DNA of 64,000 nucleotides from the human T2T-CHM13v2.0 reference genome, Homo sapiens: the NCBI RefSeq assembly GCF_009914755.1, contig NC_060932.1; one strand, 5' to 3'. The notes below the pieces were generated by a model that was given only the letters and a program-made list of their open reading frames with translations, did not search any database and was not told where the DNA came from. This document shows, in pieces, positions 27,602 to 46,330 of the stretch (within the stretch, counting starts at the first letter, position 1; every line of letters begins with the position of its first letter). The translations under genes were made by a program, and so were the position numbers.

Positions 27602-28336
27602 AAAAAGAACACCACTAATTTCTGATGTATTTCTTTGCTCCTTTTTCAAGTCATTGTTTTCATTTTTTTGGAGCTATATAAGACCAGTCAACTCTTTTTT
27701 AAAGTTAAGCTAGCAAGGTATTTGGCTATCAACGCTAAATAAATCAATTCAGAACCACTATTAGCACCATAAAGCTTAATTCTTTTTCTTTGTACTGTCT
27801 GGTCACCTTTAGAATAATTCTTATTCCTCTTCAATCGGCTGGATTTCTGCACAGGTCCAGGGGTTGTCTTTCTGTGGGGAGATTGATGTGCACTGGGGCA
27901 AAATTTCAGTTACCAAGTGTGTCCAGCATGAAGTTGCAGCTGGCATTGAAAGGCATCCACCATTCCTCTCCAGGTACATTTCAGATTCATCTCCTACCTT
28001 GTTCCCCCATGTCCCCATCACGTGCGCTGGACTGATCATCTGTCCTCACACAGATCTGGTAGCTTCTGCCTCTGGATCTGGCCTCAAGTGGTTCCCTTTG
28101 CTAGAAGCGCCTTTTCCCCTGCAACCTCGCCTGCCTGCTGAAGCCGTTCTCGGTCTGTAATGCTCACACTCCATCTTCTCTAAGCATCTGTCTAGGATAC
28201 CCTCCAGTTCCATTTAATATCTTCCTTCTCTGTGCTCTGTAAATTCCCATTTCTAGACTTTCACTTGCTAAGACAAGCCCCACATCAGGTATTTGTGGAT
28301 GTGTCTGTCTTCCTCAGGAATTGTGGCAGCCAGGGA

Positions 28337-28339
<3 letters not shown>

Positions 28340-28375
<36 letters not shown>
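28340..28375. repeat. (TG)18 microsatellite
   Basis: Uninterrupted run. Confidence 0.97.
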
Positions 28376-28377
<2 letters not shown>

Positions 28378-30429
28378 CACACATGCAATACACGCAATGT
28401 CTTTGCAGTCCCCATAGGTAGAAGAGCAGGTATGCAAAGATAGTTTTTCAGTGTGAATAACCCGTTTCATTTTTGTTCCCTCGCAAAATGAATGCCTCAT
28501 CCTTGTACCATAGAAAATATCTGAACACCTCTACCTTCTAGTCATAGACTTTTGGATTGCCTCTCTTCCTATTCTTTTAGTTTTTAAAATATGCCAGAGC
28601 CCACAGTTACCTTACTATCTGCCTCTCCTAAATTCTGGTCAGCCTCTTCCCTCACTCTGGCATGGAACCAGGCTTAGAACAGTAGAATTGATAGTGGTAA
28701 GAAGTTGAGTGTGACTGCACACCACGGCTGAAGCTCTGCTGAAACCTTTATGAACTGGACTTTGAAACCAATTTCTCTAACCAAAGTCCCTATTGCTCCC
28801 TGAGTCAGGTGAGCTCTGCCATGTGCCTGGCACAATGCATCCATCACTTTACTTAGTCCTCCTCACAGTCCTCACCAGAGATGAATGAAAGTGCCATTGT
28901 TCACAGGGAAGCCAGGCATCCACCGAGGTCCTACAACTGAGAGTCCCATGGCTGAGCCCCTGATGGAAGCTCAGGTCTACCTGACTCTTCTCTTTCATAA
29001 TAGAACACTGGCTCCTGAATGCCTGAAATGGACACAGGAGACTTTTCCCATCTTCTCTGTTTCCCAAGGCTGGTGCCCACTGCTCACTTTCACCTTGCAG
29101 GCCCCCACCCTACCTGTGGAGTCTTGGGCGTAAGTTAGGGGCCTTCTCCTTGACCAGCTCAGCCTTTTGTGAGAAAGTTGGGAAGCTCCCAGAAGCTTGA
29201 CAGGTCACGCGTACATGACAAGAAGGTGGTGGGGAAGGTGAAAAGGTGGAGAGAGCCTGTGCCCCACCCCATGGACTGTGAGACTCAGCTCCAGCCAACT
29301 ATCGCCAAGAGGCATTATGGCCGTAGTGATCCTAGAACACCTGATTTTCCAGAGTAAGTTGGAATTCTATATTTTCATCAGAGTTTTCTAAATGTTTTTA
29401 AAAGCAAACCAAGCACGTGTATTGGCCAGATTCACAGGCCACTGTTTTGTGACCTCTGCCTGGGGACATGAGTACCTGCTGTCACTTTGCTTATTGTGTC
29501 TGTCTGCTCTGGAGCCATCTGAGTATGTGACCCCCAGTTTAGGAGAAGGAGAGAAAAATTAATGAGGAATGGATGTGAAAAAAAAGATAGGAAAAGAAAG
29601 CTAATATTTAATAGAAAAAAGTGATGCTAAAATAAGTAGAAAAAGTTCCAAATTTATATTTAAATACAAAAGACATTATAATTTAGTGACTAGAAAGAAT
29701 AATAGATTTCCTTATAATAGTTTTTTCGAATTAAATAGTTCTTTTTTTCTACCTAAATTTTGCTTAAGAATGGTTTTAAATGTATTTTTAAAACTTCTAA
29801 ATCTTAACTATTCTAAGAATTTAAAATTTTCAGATCTGGTTAAATGAAATATTAGGTTACTAAATAATAATACCATTTATCTTCTCAACATTGAATGAAT
29901 GACTTGTGTTTTTGTTACTTTGTCATTCTTGATACATTACTATAATTTGATAAGTATTTGAACTGTTTAGCCAAATTAGCCGAGATTACATATATGTAGT
30001 GTTTTTTAATAATGTTTCTCTATACTTATACAAAACTATTGATGATTTTGCCACTTTAAGTAGAAAGTTTATGACTTTACCTTAGCGATTTAAAGTTGTC
30101 TCAGTACTACGTAAAAATAGCTTTGTTATTCTTTAATTATTCAATGTGTTATTGCTAAATTCAGTGACCTTCTGAAGACTCAAAATTATCCTCTAGGCTG
30201 TGGAAGTGTATCTAAATAAGCATTTAAAATAACCTGTCTAGAGACACACTTGAAGAAATGTCACATTTCTGTAAACAATTGTCTCCATATGTTTTAAAAT
30301 ATGCAGCTGATAGATTCAAAATGCAGGCATGTTTACAAACAAAATATTTTCTGCTAGATGGACCAATAATTTCTGAGTTTTAAGGCTTTGTAAACTGCTC
30401 ATCTGTAAAAATGTAAACCTCTGGAGTGA

Positions 30430-30723
<294 letters not shown>

Positions 30724-30785
30724 TGGAGTGAATCTTAAGAGTCCTGGTGTTGCTGGATATGGGTGATGCTGTCTGTGCCATAGGT

Positions 30786-31290
<505 letters not shown>

Positions 31291-31787
31291 TAGCCTTAAA
31301 GGAGAATGTTAGACATTAGTGATACAGTGTCAGTTTCAGCACTAAGCTCACCTCACCCAAGATCCCCAGCAGCCTACCTAGATCATGCTACTGGGCCCTT
31401 GGGCCATCCACTTGATTTGAGAGCTTCCCAGAGGTCACAGCTCAATACACACAATGCCATGGAGGGATTCTCAGCTAACCCGATTTGTATGTGTCGGTGA
31501 GTTTTCATTAATCATAGTAATATTTATGGAGGCACTGGGCTATATGCTTGATTTTAGAATCATGTTTAATTCTCCCTGAAACCCCACAAACTAGTTATTA
31601 TACTTTTATTAGGAGAAAACAAAAGAGCAGTAAGAAGAAGGAAAGAATACACCCAAGCTCATACAACTCTTAAGTAAGTGGTAGAATTTAAACCCAAGCA
31701 CTCAGACTCCAGAGTTCATATGCTTCATCTTCATACCTGGAGGTTCAAATAAAACACTCATGGGGCAAGGTAGAGAGCAAAAATGAG

Positions 31788-32174
31788 TACATTAGTCCAT
31801 ACGCACATTGCTATAAGGAAATACCCAAGACTAGGTAATTTATAAAGGAAAGAGGTTTAATTGACTCACAGTTCAGCATAGCTAGGGAGGCCTCAGGAAA
31901 CTTACAATCATGGCGGAAGGTAAAGGGGAAGCAAACACCTTCTTTACAAGGTGGGAGGAAGGAGAAGTGCCCAGCGAAGTGGGAAGAGCCGCGTATAAAA
32001 TCATCAGATCTCATCAGAATTCGCTAACTATCATGAGAATAGCATGGGGGAAACCACCCCCATGATTCAATTACCTCCACCTGGTCTCTCCCTTGACACG
32101 TGGGGAGCATGAGGATTATGGGGATTACAATTCAAGACGAGATTTGGCTGGTGACACAAAGTCTAACCATATCA
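31788..32174 (-). mobile_element. THE1 (D-like) solo LTR
   Basis: Reverse THE1 consensus ending aaccatatca; perfect 5-bp TSD ATGAG (31783-31787, 32175-32179). Confidence 0.94.
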
Positions 32175-33837
32175 ATGAGCAGAGCTGTTCAGGGGTAAAC
32201 ATTAGGGAGTGGCGATGACTGAGGAACACAGATGACCACTGACACTCAACTTTGGCCAATTGGTGCCAGCTAGGAATGTGGGCCCAGTACAGTCAGGATA
32301 TTTGATGTTTCAAAAAATAACCTAATAAAGCTATATTTTTAAACAGGAATCCTTCTCGATTTTTAAATCATAGAAGTCATTTAACCTTTATTACAAATTA
32401 TACTATCTTCACTGTTTTTCATCCTTGTTCACGTGAACTCTAGTCAGGACAGAGGTACTGAAAAGATAGCCCAAGCAACGCATTAAGTGCTGAAGAGGGA
32501 GCGTGTAGATTCCCTCAGTGAAGGACTCTGGTATTTCCCATGGACAGTCCTGTGTTGGCCTACACTTGCTCTTTGTCTAGTATATACCACTCTTCTGTGA
32601 AGCCAAAGCTAAGATATGAGTGCTGGAATGCCATATTGGTCTTAAGCTTCAATCAAGGATGTCTGCTCACTTTTCTTGCTATCTCTGTGGTTCTGCAAGG
32701 ATATGGGTAGTATGATGTCATAGATTGACCATTTGTTAAGACACAACCCCCTAATCAACTTAACATTCTGGTTTTTCTCTATTTTCATGGATAAATGTCT
32801 AATTTGTATGTATTAATTAGTCTCAGTTGAGAAGTGTAATTAACATTTCTTTAGTATTTACTCATTCAACAAGCATTTAGGCTGAGAAGCATTTAAGAAC
32901 TTAGAGAAATAGAGCATTTTATAATTCTATGGGATATTACTTAAAATCTGACTTGATCAGATATTGAACCTTTTAAAAAAAGTGAGGCTAAGGAATTATA
33001 AGTGATTTTTAAGACACAGATTTCTCCTTTGATGTTCTAGTACAGCATATAGTGGTTTAGGCATTCTTAAAACAGTGCAGTGTGTTGCGAGAAACATCAT
33101 TGTCAATGGCACTGTGACTGTAGGATCTGAATATTGGCACTGTGACTTAGAAGCAGCCAAAAGCTTAATTTCTATATCCTCTGTAGCAACGGTGCAGATT
33201 CCTTTAGTTTGAGTTATTCATCTGAACATAATAGGAACTGTCTTCTTGTTAGAGGAACCAAGCTTTGTTCTTTCAGAGGGCGTAGGGGGTCATCACTAGT
33301 ACCCAACAAAAACAGGGAAAATGTAGTTAGTAATTTTTAAGGAAAAACTTCAGCTGAACATAATTCAATGGGAAATTCTAAGATTATTAGAAATTGCAGT
33401 TTTTACTTAAAACTAGATATTTGAAGATTACGAACTGCTTATTTTATAACTTGAACCACTTGAAACTATCCTTGGCTTATGTTTGTAAGCAGATTTCAAA
33501 ATGTTCTTATTTTTTAAATGAGGAAGAAATGGTTATTTTAAACGGCTGTAGATTTAGATGTATTTATAGGTGGTATTCTATTTTCTAAGAATTTGTGTCT
33601 GTTTCTTTTAAATATAAATAGTTTTCTCAAGTTAAAACCTTGCTTCAATTGTATCATCTGACTATACTCACAGGATGTTTTATTAAACTGTGTCTCTTTT
33701 CCAGATAATAGCATTCATTTGGAAATCATAAGATGACTGAAGAAGAAATGTCAAATTTGTAGTTATAATTCTAGTTTCTTTGAAAGAATACTACGTCTTG
33801 CAGCTACTTTTAAAAATTTTACAGTATTACTTCAGTC

Positions 33838-34144
33838 TTTTTTTTTTCTTTTTTTTTTTTTGAGACAGGGTCTCACTCTGTCACCCAGACTGGAGTACAG
33901 TGGTGTGGTGTCAGCTCACCACAACCTCCGCCTCCCAGGCTCAAGCAATTCTCCTGCCTCAGCCTCCTAAGTAGCAGGGATTACAGGTGCCTGCTGCTAC
34001 TGCCCAGCTAATTTTTGTATTTTTGGTAGAGATGGGGTTTCACCATGTTGGCCAGGCTGGTATCGAACTCCTAACCTCAGGTGATCTACCTGCCTCGGCC
34101 TCCCAAAGTGCTGGGGTTACAGGCATGAGCCACAGCCCCTAGCC
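33838..34144 (-). mobile_element. AluS
   Basis: TSD TTACA(G/A)TATTACTTCAGTC at 33819 and 34145. Confidence 0.95.
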
Positions 34145-36629
34145 TTACAATATTACTTCAGTCCATTAACTATTTATTGAGTGTTTTATCCAGGGCCAAT
34201 CACCATGGGAATACCCACCACATATACATATTAAATGTCAAGCATTCTATCCAATACGTTCTATTGGCAGTCTAATTAGGAAAAACATATATGAGCCAAA
34301 GGATTGGAAGAAATCTTCATAGAGAAAGTGGGCTTTGATCTGGGATTCGAAGGATAGGTTGAATGTTTGTAAACAGGCAGATGAAGTTCTCATCATTAAT
34401 AACACTGATAATTGAAGAGAGAAGTGATTGGAGTCAATAATTGGAGCAACTATAGGAAGATAAATAGCTGAGAGATAATATTTTAAAAAGTAAATTCTGC
34501 AGGAATGATGCATAATAATTATATGTAACTTTAAAATGATTGTTACCTGTCTACTGTTATCTGGTCCTAGGAGATTCCATTGGTTAAAGCACACGTCTAA
34601 TGGAAGCCAGGCTATGTTTTGTTCCAGTCCAAGGTCATAGGCTAAACTTAATTCTCAGAAACGTGTCCCACTGGTCATCAGCTGGTGGGCTGGCTGAGAT
34701 CACAGCTAACGCTTAAGAAGAGAAAGCTTATATTAGTCCAGCCCAAGAGTCACCTTGTTTGCGTTTGACAGGCATTTCACACTGGCATGGACAGTATAAC
34801 AAAACCTCAGTTGGAATCACCTTAATATTGTATTGTTACTGTGTATTCTAACTTTGGGGATAGAGAAGAGAAGACGGGGGTTCTTTCAATGATTGCAGCC
34901 TTTTGATGTCAACTGTTTTGTTAAATCTTAAATAGATTCCTTGTACTTGAAGACAATGATACAGCTGCTGATTTATTCTCCCATAATAATAAACAATTGT
35001 TGGAAAAAAATGAATTCATAAAAGAACAGTGGAGAAAAGAAAGTTATATCCTAAGAATTAAACAGGCCTTGTTAAGCATCTATATAATATGTAATGAATC
35101 TAGTCCTTTGCTAGATTCCATGGGAGAATCAGAGAAACATATTTGACCTGGTCTTCAAGAATTTTATCAACAACCAGCTTTCCTGACTAAATTTTCAGAA
35201 TGACTTCACCATGAGGTCCAGGCAATGAGTTAACACATATTTATTGACCTAGTGCTGTATGCCAGGAAGTGTAAAATCCAGGGGAAATATGAAATCCAAG
35301 AAATATACTTGGAGAGGAGGCAGGGGTTAGAGCCTATAAGACATTTTATGCTAAGGAGTTCTACATGGTTTTAGTATAATTCAGGACGTTTATATTTCTA
35401 TTCTAAAACCAAATTTTAAGCATTTTTAGGAGAGAAGTTCTATTTCCTTTTATTCTTTTCTTTCCTATTTTCTTTTTCTCTCTTCCACAGTATTGTCCTC
35501 TACTTTCCTTTTCTTTTTTAAGACTACATGGTGTACCTTTATATTCACTGCCCTTCATACATACTGGTAAATAATAACTGTTCTATTAATAATGAAAGTA
35601 TACGTTTTAGAGTTATTGTAAAGCCACATAATAGAATCACTTGAGTTTTCATGATTACATTTTTTGTGATAATAGCATTTTCTTATATCTTTTTATTACT
35701 GGTTTTAATTTTTTATTTTCACTAGTATGTTATCACAAACAACATATGATATCAATCCCTGTTTTGAAGATAAGTGATGGGCACTTTAACTTACTTTTAA
35801 ATTATCATTTGTAGTCCTAAATAAAGCCAGATATATGTACTTGATTATGTAATGCTGTAATTTGAAAATAGTTTTCTTTGCCCAACAGAGAGACAGAATT
35901 AGTTCATCCTTTTAGTGTACTTCATTAATCAAGATACCACACCATGTTGAACTTATTTATTTTGAAAAAACTATATTTACGTTGAAAACTTTCATACTGT
36001 CAACGTGAGTGAAAATCTATTGAGTTGTTTCATCAGCTATGTAAATATTTACTTCATCATTTTTAACTGAAAATACATCTTAATGGATGGTATTTATGGG
36101 AAGCATTGATATGCTCGTTGTGTTTATAGCTCCTAATGAGAATGTAATTTGTTTATCCATTCACTACTTGATAGTCATTTAGGTTGTTTCCAATTTGTAT
36201 CTATTATGAATGAAGTGGCCATGAATGTTCCAACATGAGTCTTTGGGTTGACATATGTTTCCATTTTTCTTGGTCAAATTCCAAGGTTTGGGATAGTTGG
36301 GTCATATGGCAAATGTATGTTTAACTTTATGAGAAACTATTTTTCAAAGTAGCTGTGCTTGCAATTTTACATTCTCTTCAGCAATGCATAAGGGTTCCAG
36401 CTGTTTCATAGCCTCACCAATACTTGGTATTGTCATTATAAATTATGAATTTATAATTTTAGTTCATGATATTTAGTTAATAGTATTTTATTCTAATTTT
36501 AATTTGTATTTTCCTGATAACTAAAGATCTAAGTACCCTTTTATGTACTAATGGACATTTCTTTATCTCTGTTATGTCCAAGTTTTTACCCATTTGAAAA
36601 TATTGGGTAGTTTTTCTTTTTTCAGTATT

Positions 36630-36946
<317 letters not shown>

Positions 36947-37364
36947 TAGGTGTTCTTTATATATTCTACATAAGGGCCTTTTGTCAGGTGTATGTATTGT
37001 AGATATTGCTTCCCTGTCTTTGGCTCACCTATTAATTTCCTTAATTGTATTTTTGACGAGGACAAAAGTCTTCAATTTCGATAAAATCTATTTTACATTT
37101 TTTACTTTTATGGTTAGTATATCATTTTATCTTAAAAAATATTTGCCTCTCCCAAGATCATGATATAATTTTCTATCATTTCTTTCTAGAAGTTCTCTAT
37201 TTCTACCTTATACATGTAGGTCTATTGATAAAACTAGGATTAATTTTTCTGTAAGGAGTGAAATAGGAGTTGAGGTTTGTTTTATTTTCTCCATAGGGAT
37301 GGATGGTTCTGGCAACACAGTTAAAATGATATTTCCTTCTCTGTTGAATTCAACTGGCATCTTA

Positions 37365-37632
37365 TTAGTTTGGTGCAAAAGTAATTATGATTTTTGCCAT
37401 TACTTTTGATGGCAAAAACTGCAGTCAACGTGAGTGAAAAACTATTGAGTTGTTTCATCAGATATGTAAATATTTACTTCATCATTTTTAACTGAAAATA
37501 CATCTTAATGGGTGGTATTTATGGGAAGTATTGCTATGCCCATTGTGTTTATAGCTCCTAATGAGCTCCTAATTGTGGTTTTTGCCATTACTTTTGATGG
37601 GAAAAACTGCAATTACTTTTGCACCAACCTAA
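37365..37632. mobile_element. MADE1 (Hsmar1-derived mariner MITE), rearranged, carrying a 142-bp captured local sequence
   Basis: TIRs ttagtttggtgcaaaagtaatt (37365) and aattacttttgcaccaacctaa (ending 37632); TA at both ends (37363-37364, 37633-37634). Confidence 0.93.
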
Positions 37633-37695
37633 TAGTAATAATTCAGTTAACCCTCATGTTTGAGTCTGTTTCTCTCTTCTTTTTTTTTAGCTCTA

Positions 37696-37906
37696 CAATA
37701 GTCCCCCCTTAACCATGGAGGAAACGTCCCAAGACCCCCAGCAGATTTCTGAAACTGCAGATAGTACTGAACCCTATATGCTGTTTCCCCCTGTCCCCGT
37801 GCATACATACTATGATTGTTTAGTTTATAAATTAGGTACAGTAGGAGACTAATAACAATAACTAAGAAAATAGAACAGTTATACTAGGGATAAAGGGGGA
37901 CTACTG
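37696..37906. mobile_element. MER44/Tigger7-type TcMar MITE, internally deleted, both TIRs intact
   Basis: caatagtccccccttaacc ... ggataaagggggactactg, with TA at both ends. Confidence 0.85.
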
Positions 37907-38925
37907 TATTTGTCCATTTTATGCTCATTCTATTTGTTTTGATTACTGTACCTTTATAACAAGTCTTGAAATCAGGGAATATAAGTTGTCTAACTTTCCT
38001 TTTTTTCCCCCAAGATTGTTTTGCCCATTCTAAATCTTTTGTTTTTCTCTATAAAATTTAGAACCAGCTTGTTAGATTCTTCAAAAGAATGTAATACTGA
38101 TATTTGATTGGGCTTGTGGTGAATCTATAGATCAATTTTGGAAAACTCAATATTTTTAAGATATCAGTTCTCAGTATTTTAAGATATCTTAATTGATATC
38201 AGTTCTCAATATCTTAAAATATATATTGTCATAAAAAACATTTACTTCTCCCAAGATCATGATATATTTTTCTATCATTTCTTTCTGATATCTTAAAAAT
38301 ATTGAGCTCTTCAATCCATGAACGTGGTAGCTCTCCATTTAGATGCTATTATAAATGATAACATTATTATTTTAAGATTTTTATCATGGTATTTTTAAAA
38401 AGTTTTACCTTCTATTCATATGTTCACCACTAGCTTCAAATGTTTGAATGAGGGAGCAGGACTTACCCTTTTGCTGGGCTTGGGATTGGAGTACTGCTGA
38501 GGATCAGGAAATCTTTTTTATATTTTATAGCCTAGTTGTCAAACTGTGAGAGATCTCATTGGCTCTGCAGCTGTGTTGTTAACTTTTTGCATTGCTGAGG
38601 AGTTTTCTTAGTGCCTTAGTCCCATCCTGGCTTTCTACACTTCAGAAGTTCTCTTTCTATCCTGCCACCCTGAACCCTGGAAGGTCTCAGAAGGATGCCT
38701 CTAAGCTCCTCTGCCTGGCCTCCAGTTTTTAGTGGGTCCTGCCTTATAGTGGGAAAAGTTCTGTGTGCCCCATGGGGGACCTTTCTTATTTCTCCTGCCC
38801 TGTCCCCAACCTTCAGCGTGCTTTAGCACTTGGTGAAGGCTTACTGGCTGGTACATGTAAGCTTGGCTTATATCTAGGACTCTTTGGAATTCTAATTTCA
38901 TATGCAGCCTCTATAAGTTCCTGAA

Positions 38926-39275
<350 letters not shown>

Positions 39276-39553
39276 CTATGGTGAATTCACACTCCTACTG
39301 CAGCTACTGCTGCAGGTTTGAGAAGAGCCATAGGTCCTTTTTCACTTATGAAGGGCTTGACACTTTCTGAAATTTATTTCCTTTAGGTTTCTTTGCATCA
39401 TTAGCTTTCTGAAAGAGAGCGATTTTGTAACTTATGTAGCTTGTTCTGCTTGTTAGAGTGGGAGCAATGGTCTCTTGCAACTTTCTACATCTCAATTGAG
39501 ATACATAAATTCTGGGTAAAGCTTTTAAAAATATTCACTTAAGATGCATGGAG

Positions 39554-42540
<2,987 letters not shown>

Positions 42541-42566
42541 AAGTGCATGGAGAAGATACTAATTTT

Positions 42567-42922
42567 GCCTTTTTTTTTTCTTTTTCTTTCTTTCTTTCTT
42601 TTTTTTTTTGAGGTGGAGTCTCGCTGTGTCATCTAGGCTGGAATGCAGTGGCATGATCTTGGTTCTCTGCAACTTGCACCTCCTGGGTTCAAGTGATTCT
42701 CATGCCTCAGCCTCCTGAGTAGCTGGGATTATAGGTGTGTGCCATCACACCCGGCTAATTTTTGTATTTTAGTAGAGATAGTGTTTTGCCATGTTGGCCA
42801 GGCTGGTCTTTAACTCCTGACCTCAACTGATACTCCTGCCTCGGTCTCCCAAAGTGCTGGGATTACTCCCACCTCCATCTCACAAAGTGCTCTCCCAAAG
42901 GCGTGAGCCACTGTGCCTGGCT
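42567..42922 (-). mobile_element. AluS with an internal ~32-bp insertion
   Basis: TSD GAAGATACTAATTTT at 42552-42566 and 42924-42938. Confidence 0.94.
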
Positions 42923-43629
42923 GGAAGATACTAATTTTCTTAATATGATTGTCCCTGTAGTTCTTTGTCCTAATAGAAGCGTTCAGTGTACCCCTTGTAG
43001 TATGTGAACTTATTGGTAATTTTTTGTAATATGGGAACTTAAGAAATTCAGATGATATTCTTAGGTTGATGCTTACATCATCCAAATTAATTTTATTTGC
43101 TTCTTAATTCATTTTTTTTTTCAGAGCAGCATTTCCTTAAAAATGTGAGTGGTTCAAGCTGCAAAATGTGAGTGGTTCTTCCTAAATTTAAGAGGTTTGG
43201 GAAACATCATTAATGCATTTAAAATTATAATGCCTACTACATGGTGGAAAACAGAGTTTGTTGACCCAGGAGCTTCAGAAAAGTATAGATATTGTAGTTT
43301 GCAGACTGGTTAAATCAAGTTATATGGCTGTTTGAATCATGAACTTTGGAGCTGTGGTAGTAGGGAAGTTGTGCTGTTTGAGGAACTCATATTTCAATAT
43401 TGTACAGGGGACAGAAAGCTCTCTGGAGGATCGGTGCTTACTATAATAATTACAGTTAATTTTTATCATTAACTTCATTGGACAGTTTCAAGGGAGATTT
43501 TTATGCTACTTTTTATTGATTTGTACATTATTTTTAAAAGATTTCTGAAGACTGTTTCAGGGTTTGGGATTTATTCTAACTAAATCCTAAACTTTTATAA
43601 GTCCCTGTATTTCTCCATGTAATAGTTTC

Positions 43630-43760
43630 TTTGTTTTTTTTAAGGTGGTGATGTATCTCTTTGTTGCCCAGGCTGGACTCAAACTCCTGGGCTCAAGTGA
43701 TCCTCCCACCTCAGCCTCCTGAGTGGCTGGGATTATAGGTGAATGCTGCTGAGCCTGGCT
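43630..43760 (-). mobile_element. FLAM
   Basis: Single Alu monomer; TAATAGTTTCTT on both flanks. Confidence 0.85.
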
Positions 43761-44234
43761 TGTATAATAGTTTCTTAGTATAGTATTTTCTGATTAAAAC
43801 AATGTGACTCAGTATCTAAATATCTCAGACGGCAAAAGATTATTGGAGGTTAAGGGTCTGGGGCCACCTTTCTTGGGTGGAGCTAGTGAGTACTATAGAC
43901 CAGGAAGACTTTAGCTGGGCCCTGGTAACACCTGGAACTTGTTAACTGAAAGTGGGTGCTCAATTGTATCCTGTTCTGTAATGTGGTCATCTTAAGTTAC
44001 TTGCTGTAATTAGGATGAGAGGAAACGAGTTCTGGAGAGTTTTCTTCAAGGAGCAATATTCTGTTACAGAGATATAAGATTACTCAAATTCTGTGATTTT
44101 TATTCAGTTGGGAAAAAGTCAGTACCATTAGCCGAGTTAACGTTAAAGAGAAGAGAATTTCTTTGCTAAAAGATATGAAAGAATCCTTTTCCAAGGCAAG
44201 AATGGAAACTTTGGATATCAGATTTAGAAACTGA

Positions 44235-44501
<267 letters not shown>

Positions 44502-44524
44502 TGACTCTTTTAACTCACCTGTGG

Positions 44525-44735
44525 GGAAGTGTGGGCAGAATATATGCAGCTTGGCAGTGAGAGAGCTGGAGCTGAGTCAAGTGAGGATTGAATCCAGGCT
44601 CCTACATTTCCTGACTGTTCCACCTTGGAGAAGCTACTTAATCTCCTTCAGACTCAGTTTCTCCATTACCAAAATGAAGCTAAGATTACTCCCAGCCTCA
44701 CAGGATTACTGAAGCATGAATTGAGTTAATTTGTA
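44525..44735 (+). mobile_element. MIR
   Basis: ttgaatccaggctcc...ccttggagaagctacttaatctcc...ctcagtttctcc. Confidence 0.78.
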
Positions 44736-45539
44736 TGGCTGGTGAAAAAATGAATACTTTATCATCTTTGCTAAGACTATTTATGATAGAAAAAGTAAGT
44801 TTGAATGGTGACCTTCATTATTCTCTCTCTGCCTTTCTTGATTTCACTGACCTTCTGGCAATGGGTAGTTATTTCAAGTTCATTCTTTCTTGTGTGCTTT
44901 CATTTACTATTTAGTCAATGGGCATCACACCTGTGTGCATCCTTATTGAATTAGACTCTTGAAAAATCAAAACTGTTTGTATTTCTTGCCACTGATAAAA
45001 GGACCATGTCAAATGATACGAAACATTCTCCTTACTTTAGATAAGCTTAGTATTGATGCAAGTAATTTCTTGCTTAAAATACTTTTTAATATTTTTCTTA
45101 AACATTTGTCATCTCTAAAAATATATAATGCTTTTAATGTCTGAATCCATATTCCGTCAGGTATGGGCATTTGACATTGAGAGGTTTTCATTTATTTGTG
45201 TCACATTGGAATAAAAAAGAATTAGAAACCAAGCATGGCCACATCTCATTTATTCTCAATTTATTAAATAGAACATAATAAAAAATCAATTGACATTATT
45301 TCCTGCTAATATTTTTTGACGGCTTTCCTAATTCAGCCCACAGAAGGGGAGATTTTAATGAAGTAACAGGAAATGGAAGAAATAGCCATGCAGCTCTCCC
45401 GTAAATGGTGTTTTAAATAATTTTGAGAAATGGAAAAGAATTCTTTGGATAAGAGGGGATTCCTTATTGATTGAAATTGCTTTTGTGTTGATTGAACCTG
45501 TCCTGTTGCTTTATGTATTGCTTTGATAAGGTCCTTTGC

Positions 45540-46330
45540 TGTGTTTCCTTCAACCCTGTCCTCCCCAGGGTCTCTCCCATACCGGTAAATGCACTGATAT
45601 TCATGCAGTTGCTCGGGCCCAAAATGTAGGCAGCAACCTTGATTTCTCTCTTCCGCTCACAATTCACAGTCAATCCATGAACAAACCTTGCCAGCAATAA
45701 CTTCATAACGTAGGCAGATTCTGACTGCTCCTCACCACCTTACCCACAGCACCATCGTCTTTCACTTGTCTTATTTCAGTGGAAACCTAGGTGGCCCCTC
45801 CATAGCCAGTTCTCCACGAAGTAGCTGGAGTGAGCTTCACACCAACTCTGCTTACAAACTTTCAATGGCTGCCCATCAGACTAAGAGTAAAATGAACTCT
45901 CCACTGCCATCACCCAGGCCATCCATGACCTGCCCTCACCTAACAACCACTTCTCAAATGGCTCTTTTCCTCCCTTTTGCCACACACAGTCTCTCCTTCC
46001 TTTGGGTCGTACATACCCCTCTTTCACTCCAATTGTTGGTGCATTTGTCCACAGATCCTTCCTAGATATTCCCATGCATCGTACTCTCACTTCCTTAAAG
46101 TTTCTCCTGAAGTGATGTGTCTTCTAAGAAGCCTTTCCATTCATTTGTTTTATTTTTCTTCGTAGTACTTACCACCATCTGAACTTGCTTTGTCTATTTA
46201 GTGGTTTATTCATCTTTGGCACATCCATTCCCTAGAATGCACACTCATTGAGGGCAAGGAACTGGCCTTTCCATTGTTATTCACCTAGTGCTGAGAACAG
46301 AGCCTGTCATAGAGTGGGTTCACAGTGACT
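45540..46330 (+). mobile_element. L2
   Basis: cagttgctcgggcccaaaatgtagg...ttgatttctctct...ctagaatgcacactcattgagggcaagga. Confidence 0.75.

Noticed and set aside
33107-33147. 13-bp direct repeat TGGCACTGTGACT
   Set aside because: Real but too short and isolated to interpret; ordinary slippage.
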